From Actinomycetota bacterium (lineage in GTDB: Bacteria > Actinomycetota > UBA4738 > JBBDTT01), in NCBI GenBank assembly GCA_040904285.1, contig JBBDTT010000181.1, positions 1 to 27,068 of the forward strand: a stretch of 27,068 nt of DNA, written 5' to 3'. The notes beneath the pieces were generated by a model. It ran no database searches, had not been told where the DNA came from, and worked only from the letters and a program-made list of their open reading frames with translations. The first letter of the stretch is position 1. Every line of letters starts with the position of its first letter. Positions 17,710 to 25,446 of the stretch are shown piece after piece. Position numbers and translations under genes: made by a program.

Positions 17710-18198
17710 ATGCTGACTTTCGAATGGGATGCCAGAACCAATCTTCGGGAGTCTCTCGTCGCCTCCTACCGTCCCACCATCACGAGGTATCTGATCCGCG
17801 ACTTGTGGGTTCCCGGCGACCTTCCGCAGGATCTGTCCATTGAGTTCTGGAGGCATCCGCCGTATGAGACCTACGGGCTCGCGCCTCATGACTATCCTCT
17901 GGTGTACAGCTGGACCCCGCGTCTCCGAAAGCACGCGTTCTGCGCTGGCCCGAGATGCCTTTGCAAGACAAGGCGTAGGCAGCGGAGGCGGACTCCGTCC
18001 TCGGACCCGAAGCACAGCGGACCGCTTTGCCTCTGGTACCCCCGCGATGAACGCTCGAAGCGCTGGACGTATTCTGACGGTCTGTATGCGCTCGTGGAGA
18101 TCGCGAGACGGCATCTCTTCTTTGAATTGGAGTATTCGATCTCCAGGATCTGGCTTGGCGAAGAGGCACCTCACGGCATTCCGGGCGCAGCGGCATGA
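17710..18198 (+). CDS. Stand-alone prokaryotic E2-like (UBC-fold) protein, as in type II-short CBASS
   Basis: YPLVY...KH...PLCLWYP...RW...L...HL..E...W.GEEAPHG pattern with putative catalytic Cys at codon 18028-18030. Start uncertain: ATG 17710 or in-frame ACG 17647. Confidence 0.7.
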   Translation: MLTFEWDARTNLRESLVASYRPTITRYLIRDLWVPGDLPQDLSIEFWRHPPYETYGLAPHDYPLVYSWTPRLRKHAFCAGPRCLCKTRRRQRRRTPSSDPKHSGPLCLWYPRDERSKRWTYSDGLYALVEIARRHLFFELEYSISRIWLGEEAPHGIPGAAA

Positions 18199-18701
18199 TG
18201 CTCGCTGGCGCCGTGAATTGGCACGAGACGTTTTGGGGCGCCATCGCCGTGCCAATGGCGGCGGCTGCCCTCGCGGCCCTCGTTGCGGTATGGGGCTACA
18301 GACGGGAGCAGTGGACGAAGCGTCGCGATGCTCTGAGAACACTCTTTAGCGAGGCACTTCGAGCTGTGTCTGATTACCAAGAGCTTCCCTACCTGATCAG
18401 ACGCCGATCGAAGACCTCACCTATGACCGCTGCGGAGTTGATCGCGCGCGCCAGCGATGTTCAGACCCGCCTGGACCTCCACGTGGCTCGGCTACAACTT
18501 GAGTCAAGCGAGTTGGGCGAGGCCTACTTGCACCTCGTCCGGACGGTTCGGTCTGAGGCAGGGCCGCAAATGACCGATGCCTGGAGATCGCCCACTATTC
18601 GAAGCGACAAGGGCGTCCCCCTGGGGCTTGCGTACCCGCGAGATGCTACAGAGCGGGCTAGGGCAGCTTGCCTTGTAGTGATGCGGGCACACCTGGCGTA
18701 A
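18195..18701 (+). CDS. Single-TM hypothetical protein, putative CBASS effector
   Basis: TM segment FWGAIAVPMAAAALAALVAVWGY followed by a helical soluble domain (LFSEALRAVSDYQELPYLIRRR). ATGA/TGATG overlap with the E2 stop. Confidence 0.7.
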   Translation: MMLAGAVNWHETFWGAIAVPMAAAALAALVAVWGYRREQWTKRRDALRTLFSEALRAVSDYQELPYLIRRRSKTSPMTAAELIARASDVQTRLDLHVARLQLESSELGEAYLHLVRTVRSEAGPQMTDAWRSPTIRSDKGVPLGLAYPRDATERARAACLVVMRAHLA

Positions 18702-18709
18702 ACAGCGGA

Positions 18710-18724
18710 GGCGGGCTGCCCGCC
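18710..18724. terminator. Hairpin between the convergent effector and etfA genes
   Basis: GGCGGG-CTG-CCCGCC; no U-tract. Confidence 0.35.
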
Positions 18725-18749
18725 GCCTGCATGGGAGTGACCAGGTGGG

Positions 18750-19712
18750 CTAGCCCTTGCGCTTCTTCACTTCCTCCGTCAGCTGCGGGAGGATCTTCAG
18801 CGCGTCGCCCACGACGCCGAGGTCGGCGATCTTGAAGATCGGGGCCTCGGGGTCCTTGTTGATGGCGATGATCCGCTTCGACTCCTTCATGCCGACCAGG
18901 TGCTGGGTCGCGCCGGAGATCCCGACCGCGATGTAGACGCTCGGCTTCACGGTCTTGCCGGTCTGCCCGACCTGGTAGCTGTACGGCACCCAGCCGGAGT
19001 CGACGATCGCCCGCGTGGCGCCGGTGGCGGCCTTGCCGATCGCGGCCGCGAGCTCCTCGATCAGCTTGAAGTTGCTCGCGTCCTGCAGACCCCGGCCGCC
19101 GGACACCACGACCGCCGCGTCCTCGAGCTTCGGCCCGGTGGCCTCCTCCTCGTGGCGCTCGGTGCGCTTCGCCTTCTTGAGGTCGTCTCCGATCTCGGCG
19201 TTGACGGCGACGACGTTCGCCGATCCTCCGCTCGGTTCCGCCGGGAACGACTTCGGGCGGAAGATGACGAGCTTGGGATCGGGACCGCCCAGCTTCACGT
19301 CCACGATCTTCGTGGCCCCGAAGATCTGTGTCTGGGCCGTGTCCGTCGAGGGCAGATCGCTCGCGTTGCTCATCAGCGTCGAGCCGGTGAGGGCCTGCAG
19401 GCGGCCGGCCACGTCGCGGCTCGGGTAGGTGAGGCCGAACAGGATCAGGTTCGGCTGGTGCTCGTCGACCAGCTGCTTCAGCGCGTGCGCGGCCGGCTGC
19501 GCCAGGTGGTCGTCGTAGACCGCGTCGTCGCTCGCGTAGACGGTCGCCGCCCCGTGCTCGCCGAGGGTGGCGGCGGCGTCGGTCGCTCCGGGCCCGAGGG
19601 CCACGGCGGCCACCTCCGCCCCGTCGATCGAGCGGGCCTTGGTCAGCAGCTCGAGAGCGCCCGAGTTGACCTTCCCGCCGGTGACGTCCGCGTAGATCCA
19701 GATCTTGGCCAC
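18750..19712 (-). CDS. etfA: Electron transfer flavoprotein alpha subunit
   Basis: [64 protein letters not shown]. Confidence 0.95.
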   Translation of the reverse strand: MAKIWIYADVTGGKVNSGALELLTKARSIDGAEVAAVALGPGATDAAATLGEHGAATVYASDDAVYDDHLAQPAAHALKQLVDEHQPNLILFGLTYPSRDVAGRLQALTGSTLMSNASDLPSTDTAQTQIFGATKIVDVKLGGPDPKLVIFRPKSFPAEPSGGSANVVAVNAEIGDDLKKAKRTERHEEEATGPKLEDAAVVVSGGRGLQDASNFKLIEELAAAIGKAATGATRAIVDSGWVPYSYQVGQTGKTVKPSVYIAVGISGATQHLVGMKESKRIIAINKDPEAPIFKIADLGVVGDALKILPQLTEEVKKRKG

Positions 19713-20483
19713 CTAGATCACCTTCGCTTCCGCCAGGAGGTCGGCGATGCGCGAGGCCGCGTTCCCGTCGTCCTCGATGACCTCGCCCGCCGCCTTCTCC
19801 GGCGCGGCGTTCACGGCCTCGACGGTCTGGGTGGGCTGGGTGTCGGCCTCGGCCAGCCCGAGATCGGACACTGTCACCTGGTCCACAGGCTTCTGCTTGG
19901 CCTGCATGATGCCCTTGAGGGTCGGATACCGCGGCGAGTTCGCGCCGGCGGTGACGGTGATGACCACGGGCGCCGGCGCCTCGACCACGTCGTAGCCGGT
20001 CTCGGTCTGGCGCTGGATGACGATCGTCCCGTCCCGGTTCTCGATGTGCTTGGCGAACGTGAGCGCCGGCACCCCGAGGAGCTCGGCCAGGGTCATCGGG
20101 AGCGTCCCCGTGTAGCCGTCGGTGGACTCCACCCCGGCGATCACGACGTCGAACCCGGCGCGCTGCACGGCGGCGGCGAGCACCTTCGCGGTCACGAGTG
20201 CGTCCGAGCCCTTCAGCTGCGGGTCGCTGATCATGACGCCCTTGGCGGCGCCCATCGACAGGGCCTTGCGGATGGCCTGGGTTGCGCCGGCCTCGGGCCC
20301 CATGGACACCACGGTGACCTCTCCGCCGGTCGTGTCGGCCAGCTGCAGCCCGGCCTCGACGCCGAACTCGTCGCCGGGGTCGAGCGAGCCCTCCACGCCC
20401 TCGCGCTTCAGGAGGAAGTCGTCGCCCATCTCGGGCACCCCCTCCGGGTTCGGTACGAACTTCGAAAGGACCACGACGTTCAT
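19713..20483 (-). CDS. etfB: Electron transfer flavoprotein beta subunit
   Basis: MNVVVLSKFVP, VVSMGP, ALSMGA, DALVTAKVLAAA, AGVESTDG, PRYPTLKGIMQAKQKP. Confidence 0.95.
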   Translation of the reverse strand: MNVVVLSKFVPNPEGVPEMGDDFLLKREGVEGSLDPGDEFGVEAGLQLADTTGGEVTVVSMGPEAGATQAIRKALSMGAAKGVMISDPQLKGSDALVTAKVLAAAVQRAGFDVVIAGVESTDGYTGTLPMTLAELLGVPALTFAKHIENRDGTIVIQRQTETGYDVVEAPAPVVITVTAGANSPRYPTLKGIMQAKQKPVDQVTVSDLGLAEADTQPTQTVEAVNAAPEKAAGEVIEDDGNAASRIADLLAEAKVI

Positions 20484-20537
20484 CGATCAACCTACCTTCC
20501 GGTAACTTGGCCCGCGGAGAATACCCGAAATGCGCGC

Positions 20538-20990
20538 TCAGCCCCCCGCGATCTCCCGCTCGGAGCGGCGGACCCGCAGGTACCGTCCCGGCTCCTCCGC
20601 CGGCTCGAACCCGAACCGCGCGTAGAGCCCGTGGGCGTCCTTCGTCCCCAGCAGCCACTGACGCAGCGACTGCAGCTCCGGATGCGACATCACGGTCTCG
20701 ACCAGCCAGACCCCCAGGCCCAGGCCGCGATGCGGCTCCAGCACGAACACGTCGCACAGCCAGGCGAAGATCGTGAAGTCGGTGACGACGCGGGCGAACC
20801 CCGCCTGCGCGCCCGAGGCGTCGTAGAGGCCGAACGGGAGGGACCGCTCGATGCTGCGCGCCACCCGGTCCCGGGTCACGCCCTCGGCCCAGTAGCTCTC
20901 CCGGTCCAGGAAGCCGTGGATCACGCCGAGGTCCAGCCGAGCCGGGTCCGTGGAGATCGCGTAGTCCCCGCGGCGCCACTCGAGGGGCAT
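20538..20990 (-). CDS. GNAT family N-acetyltransferase
   Basis: ISTDPARLDL...SYWA...GFARVVTDF...LCDVFVLEPHRGLGLG...DAHGLYARFGF. TGATG overlap with DUF309. Confidence 0.92.
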   Translation of the reverse strand: MPLEWRRGDYAISTDPARLDLGVIHGFLDRESYWAEGVTRDRVARSIERSLPFGLYDASGAQAGFARVVTDFTIFAWLCDVFVLEPHRGLGLGVWLVETVMSHPELQSLRQWLLGTKDAHGLYARFGFEPAEEPGRYLRVRRSEREIAGG

Positions 20991-21466
20991 CAGATCGTGG
21001 GGGGTTTGAACCGCCCCGGGTCCACGACCCCCCGGGCCTGCCGGTCCCGCCCGGCCGCTTCGGCCTCGATGGCGTCTGCGTGCTCGAGGGCGATCCGGGA
21101 GACGCGCTCGGTGTCCACGCCCTCCGTGCCCGCCGGATACCTCGCGACCCGCCGCCCGCCCCGGCGGAGCAGGGTCTTGGCGCCGTGCGCGTTGCCGCGG
21201 TGCAGGTGGACGTAGCCGGCCCCGATCTGGGACAGGCCCTTGAAGAGCTCCTCCTCGGGCGTGTCCTTCCGCTGCTTCCACACGGTCTCCCACGCCTCGT
21301 GCGCCGGGAAGAAGCGTCCGGCCTTGAAGTGTTCGCGGCCGAGCCGGTGGTTCTCCTCGGGGGTGAGGGCGTCGAAGTCCTCGAGGTCCAGCCGGTCCTC
21401 CGCGTCCCAGGGCTGGGGACGGCCGAGCTCGTCCCGCGGCCGCCGCGGTTTCTTCGGGCCCGTCAT
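20990..21466 (-). CDS. DUF309 domain-containing protein
   Basis: GRFFPAHEAWETVWK...LFKGLSQIGAGYVHLHRGNAHGA. Confidence 0.85.
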   Translation of the reverse strand: MTGPKKPRRPRDELGRPQPWDAEDRLDLEDFDALTPEENHRLGREHFKAGRFFPAHEAWETVWKQRKDTPEEELFKGLSQIGAGYVHLHRGNAHGAKTLLRRGGRRVARYPAGTEGVDTERVSRIALEHADAIEAEAAGRDRQARGVVDPGRFKPPTI

Positions 21467-22606
21467 CTAGAGCTCCTCGGAGTGCTCGGCGATGCGCGCC
21501 TCGTCGAGCTCGATGCCCAGGCCCGGACGATCGGGGAGGCGGACGTTGCCCTCGGCGTCCAGCCGGAAGGGCTCGGTGAGCATCGCGTCCCGGCCCTCCG
21601 GGGTCCACCCCGGCGGGTCGAACGGGAACTCGGCCCACTCGCAGTTGGGGCTCGCCGCCATCACGTGCAGGTTCGCCGCCAGGCCCACGCCGTTCGTCCA
21701 CGTGTGCGGCGCGAACCCGAGGCCCGCGTCCTCGGCCAGGCGCGCGACGTCGCGGCCCAGGCGGATGCCGCCCGACAGCGTGGCGTCCGGCTGGAGGATG
21801 TCGACGCTCCCGTGCCCGATGAGCTCCTCGAACCCCGTGTAGTCCGAGAGCATCTCCCCCGCCGCGAGGGGGACGCTCGTGCGTCCGCGAAGCTCCGCGT
21901 ACTCGGCGTACGCGTGCTGGTCGAGGGGCTCCTCCAGCCAGGTCAGCTCGAAGGGCTCGACGGCGGAGGCGAAGGCCGTCGCGCGCTCGAGGTCCCACTC
22001 GGGGTAGGGCCCGAACCCGTGGACGCGCCAGCCCTGGTTGGCGTCGACCATGACCGCCATGTCGGGGCCGACGGCCTCGCGGACGGCTCGCACGACCGCC
22101 ACGTCCTCCTCGAGGGTGGGGAAGCGAACGCGGAGCTTGATCCCGGCGAAGCCATCGTCCCGGCGCTGTACCGCTCGCTCGGCGTTCTCCTCGGGCGAGC
22201 GGAGCTCACCCGTCGAGCAGTACGCGCGGACACGGTCCCGTTCGCCGCCGAGGACCCGATACACGGGCTCGCCCCGGGACTTGCCGATCAGGTCCCACAG
22301 GGCCAGCTCGACGTGCCACGCCCGGATGCCCAGGACCCGGGTCGCGCTCCGCAGGATCTTGAAGATGTCGTCGAACTCGGCCTCGGGGTCGCGGCCGATC
22401 AGGAACGCCCGCAGGAGGTTCACCGGCCCCTTCGCCTCGTCGGCGAACGCCACACCGGCGGCGATGCCCTCGTGTCCCTCGTCGGTCTGCAGGCGATAGA
22501 GCGCGCACGAGTTCATCGACATGGGGAAGCCGGGGATCCACGACGGCGTGAACGGCGCCTCGAGCGGGAAGTGGCAGAGCTGGACGCGGATGCCGGTGAT
22601 CTTCAC
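21467..22606 (-). CDS. Mandelate racemase/muconate lactonizing enzyme family (enolase superfamily)
   Basis: LQTDEGHEG, VELALWDLIGK, RVRAYCS, GIKLR, MVDANQGW, WLEEP, LAAGE, ILQPD, FAPH. GTG at 22606. Confidence 0.9.
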   Translation of the reverse strand: MKITGIRVQLCHFPLEAPFTPSWIPGFPMSMNSCALYRLQTDEGHEGIAAGVAFADEAKGPVNLLRAFLIGRDPEAEFDDIFKILRSATRVLGIRAWHVELALWDLIGKSRGEPVYRVLGGERDRVRAYCSTGELRSPEENAERAVQRRDDGFAGIKLRVRFPTLEEDVAVVRAVREAVGPDMAVMVDANQGWRVHGFGPYPEWDLERATAFASAVEPFELTWLEEPLDQHAYAEYAELRGRTSVPLAAGEMLSDYTGFEELIGHGSVDILQPDATLSGGIRLGRDVARLAEDAGLGFAPHTWTNGVGLAANLHVMAASPNCEWAEFPFDPPGWTPEGRDAMLTEPFRLDAEGNVRLPDRPGLGIELDEARIAEHSEEL

Positions 22607-23067
22607 GGCTCGGGGTCCTCGAGGTCCTCGATCGGCTCCACGGGCTCGACCGGCCGGCGCCGGGGCCAGACGAGCCGGAGCAGTGCCGCGACCAGGATCC
22701 CCCCGCCCAGGGACGCGGCGAACGCGGGAAGCGGCGAGGGGTCCTCGTCGCCGATCCGCTCGTAGTCGATCCCCACGACGCTGTCGCAGAACCGGCTCGG
22801 GACCTGGCCGCCGTCGACGAAGGCCACCGCGCCCTCCCGGCAGTTCACCGGCGCCGTGACCGTGTAGCCGCCGAGGAACACCAGGACGCCGACGGCGAGC
22901 GGCCAGAACGCGCGGGGGTCGGGACGGAGCGGCGCCAGCATCGCCAGGAGCGCCGCCAGCAGGATCAGGACGGACCCCACCGAGGACAGCAGGACCAGCC
23001 CCGCCGCGAACGACAGCAGGACGATCGACCACAGGATCCCGGCGGGAAGCACGCCGCGCCTCGCCAT
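22603..23067 (-). CDS. Hypothetical membrane protein (about 4 TM)
   Basis: Several hydrophobic segments and a Cys pair in a loop; GTGA overlap with the downstream gene. Start at 23067 or 23076. Confidence 0.7.
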   Translation of the reverse strand: MARRGVLPAGILWSIVLLSFAAGLVLLSSVGSVLILLAALLAMLAPLRPDPRAFWPLAVGVLVFLGGYTVTAPVNCREGAVAFVDGGQVPSRFCDSVVGIDYERIGDEDPSPLPAFAASLGGGILVAALLRLVWPRRRPVEPVEPIEDLEDPEP

Positions 23068-23134
23068 GGCGGGCATTCTGCCACCCGGCGGCCCTCGTCT
23101 TGGCGCTCGTGCCCCGCGGTGGGAAGCTAGCGAG

Positions 23135-24001
23135 GTGGACGTCGTCGTGTTCGAGGACCGGCCCGAGCTCCGATCACCCCTCCTGGTGTGCGCGTTCGGC
23201 GGTTGGAACGACGCCGGCGAGTCGGCGAGCGGAGCCCTCCAGTTCCTGCGCGACCGGTGGGGCGCCCGCCGGTTCGCGTGGATCGACCCGGAGGAGTTCT
23301 ACGACTTCCAGGTGAACCGTCCGACGGTCCGGCTCGTGGACGGCGTCACCCGCCGGATCGACTGGCCGGCGGCGGAGTTCTTCCACGCCGCACTGCCCGA
23401 ACGCGACATCGTGTTGTTCTCCGGCCTGGAGCCCAGCGTCCGGTGGCGGACGTTCAGCGAGGCGATCGTCTCCACGGGGATGGACCTCGGATGCGAGCGG
23501 CTCGTGACGCTCGGCGGCTTTCTGGCCGACCTTCCCCACACCCAGCCGATCCGCGTGACCGGGTCCGCGCCGACAACGGACGAGGCGGAGCGCCTGGGCA
23601 TGTCCGCGTCGCGCTACGAGGGCCCCACCGGAATCGTGGGCGTCCTGCACGAGGCGTCCAACCGCCTGGGCCTGAGCTCGATCAGCCTGTGGGCCGCGGT
23701 CCCCCACTACCTGCCGAGCGGCCCCAACCCGAAGGCGGCGCTGGCGCTGGTCGAGCGCCTGGCGAGGGTGGCCGAGGTGGACGTGCGCACCGACGACCTC
23801 GCCCGGGCCGTCGTCGGCTGGAGCGAGCGGATCGACGGCATCGTCGCCGAGAACGCGGAGCTGACCGACTACGTCGACCGGCTGGAGACCGCCGCCGATC
23901 TCACGGGTGACGACGTCCCGGACATCCCCACCGGCGACGAGCTCGCGAAGGAGCTCGAGCGGTTCCTCCGCAGCCAGCCCGGGGAGGACCCACCGGGATG
24001 A
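23135..24001 (+). CDS. PAC2 family (proteasome assembly chaperone-like) protein
   Basis: AFGGWNDAGESAS, IDPEEFYDFQVNRP, LEPSVRWRTF, LGGFLADLPHTQP, SRYEGPTGIVGVL, LWAAVPHY...PNPKAALAL. GTG at 23135. Confidence 0.9.
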   Translation: MDVVVFEDRPELRSPLLVCAFGGWNDAGESASGALQFLRDRWGARRFAWIDPEEFYDFQVNRPTVRLVDGVTRRIDWPAAEFFHAALPERDIVLFSGLEPSVRWRTFSEAIVSTGMDLGCERLVTLGGFLADLPHTQPIRVTGSAPTTDEAERLGMSASRYEGPTGIVGVLHEASNRLGLSSISLWAAVPHYLPSGPNPKAALALVERLARVAEVDVRTDDLARAVVGWSERIDGIVAENAELTDYVDRLETAADLTGDDVPDIPTGDELAKELERFLRSQPGEDPPG

Positions 24002-24771
24002 GCCGGCTGTCGCGACTGCTGACCTCCCGCACACAGGAGATCGAGCCGCACGAGGGCCCCGTCGGCGAGTCCGACGAGCCGGGCGTGGCGGCCGGGGGCA
24101 AGAGCGGGACGCTCCGGGCCGCCATCTTCGGCATCAACGACGGGCTGGTCTCGAACCTGTCGCTGATCATGGGCGTGTCGGGAGCGGGCGTAGGGCGCAC
24201 GGCGATCCTGGTGGCGGGCATCGCCGGCCTGGTGGCGGGGGCCTTCTCGATGGGCGCCGGGGAGTACGTGTCGATGCGGGCCCAGCGGGAGCTCTTCGAG
24301 CGGCTCATCCACATCGAGGCCCACGAGCTGGCCACGCAGCCCGAGGAGGAGCGCCGCGAGCTCATCGCGCTGTACCGGCGCAAGGGCATGCCCCGGCCGG
24401 TGGCCGAGGCCATGACCGACGCGGTCATGCGCGACCCGAAGGTGGCCCTCGAGACGCACGCCCGCGAGGAGCTCGGCCTGGATCCGGACGAGCTGGGCTC
24501 CCCCTGGGGCGCGGCGTTCAGCTCGTTCGCGACGTTCTCGATCGGCGCGCTCGTGCCGCTCGCGCCGTTCCTGTTCGCCTCCGGGACGCCCGCCACGGTG
24601 ACGGCGCTGGCCTTGGGCGGCGGCGCGTTGTTCGGCGTGGGCGCGTCGATGTCGCTCCTGACCGGGCGGGGGGCGTGGTTCTCGGGCGGACGGATGCTCG
24701 CGATCGGCTCGGCGGCGACCGCCGTGACCTACGGCGTCGGCCGCCTGCTCCACGTCGGCGGCGTCACGTAG
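23998..24771 (+). CDS. VIT1/CCC1 family iron/manganese transporter
   Basis: LRAAIFGINDGLVSNLSLIMGV, AGAFSMGAGEYVSM, HAREELGLDP, AFSSFATFSIGALVPL. ATGA overlap with PAC2. Confidence 0.92.
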   Translation: MSRLSRLLTSRTQEIEPHEGPVGESDEPGVAAGGKSGTLRAAIFGINDGLVSNLSLIMGVSGAGVGRTAILVAGIAGLVAGAFSMGAGEYVSMRAQRELFERLIHIEAHELATQPEEERRELIALYRRKGMPRPVAEAMTDAVMRDPKVALETHAREELGLDPDELGSPWGAAFSSFATFSIGALVPLAPFLFASGTPATVTALALGGGALFGVGASMSLLTGRGAWFSGGRMLAIGSAATAVTYGVGRLLHVGGVT

Positions 24772-24774
24772 CCC

Positions 24775-24790
24775 CCCGCCCGAAGGCGGG
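24775..24790. terminator. Hairpin between the convergent VIT1 and pgl genes
   Basis: CCCGCC-CGAA-GGCGGG. Confidence 0.45.
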
Positions 24791-24792
24791 CC

Positions 24793-25446
24793 TCACGCGG
24801 GGACCGCGTCCGGGGTCGCCACCAGGACGACCTCCTCCGCGCGGATCCGGCACGCGGGAAGGTCGGGGTCGCCGCCGAGCAGCCGGCCCACCGGCCCGCG
24901 CTTCGAGGCGCCGCTCACCAGGAACAGCGCCAGCCGGGCCGCCGACAGCACCGGGACGGTCAGCGTGAGTCGCGGATAAAGGGGTTCCATGCCCGGCTCG
25001 TCCACCCGGACCACCCATCGGTCCATCACGTCCAGCTCGGGGCGGCCGGGGAACAGCGAGGCCGTATGCCCGTCGTCGCCGATGCCCATGAAGCAGAGGT
25101 CGATCCGGGGGACGCCACCCTCGCCGAAGTGCGCGCGCAGGTCGGCCTCGTAGGCGTCCGGCTCGCAGGCGGCCCCGTTCATCGGATGGACGACGGCCGG
25201 CACGCGCGCGAGGAGGGCCTCCGAGGCCATGCGGAAGTTGGAGTCGGGGTGGCTCATCGGCACGCAACGTTCGTCGACCATGAACGCGTGCACCCCGTCC
25301 CAGTCGTAGCCGCTCCGGGCGAGGGCCTCGTACGCCGGCCGCGGCGTGGAGCCACCCGACAGGGCGATCGTGCGCGGCGCCGCCTGGAGGAACTGCCGGA
25401 CGGCCTCGCCGGCGAGGTCCTCGGTGACGACCAGCCGGCTCCTCAC
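24793..25446 (-). CDS. pgl: 6-phosphogluconolactonase
   Basis: IALSGGSTP, MVDERCVP...DSNF, MGIGDDGHTASLFPG, RLTLTVPVL, LVSGASK. GTG at 25446. Confidence 0.93.
   Translation of the reverse strand: MRSRLVVTEDLAGEAVRQFLQAAPRTIALSGGSTPRPAYEALARSGYDWDGVHAFMVDERCVPMSHPDSNFRMASEALLARVPAVVHPMNGAACEPDAYEADLRAHFGEGGVPRIDLCFMGIGDDGHTASLFPGRPELDVMDRWVVRVDEPGMEPLYPRLTLTVPVLSAARLALFLVSGASKRGPVGRLLGGDPDLPACRIRAEEVVLVATPDAVPA

Larger units (their letters stand above)
15443..18701. other. Defence island (CBASS-like), compositionally distinct
   Basis: Visibly more A/T-ending codons than the flanking genes; four accessory genes between eamA and etfA. No integrase or transposase seen. Confidence 0.7.
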
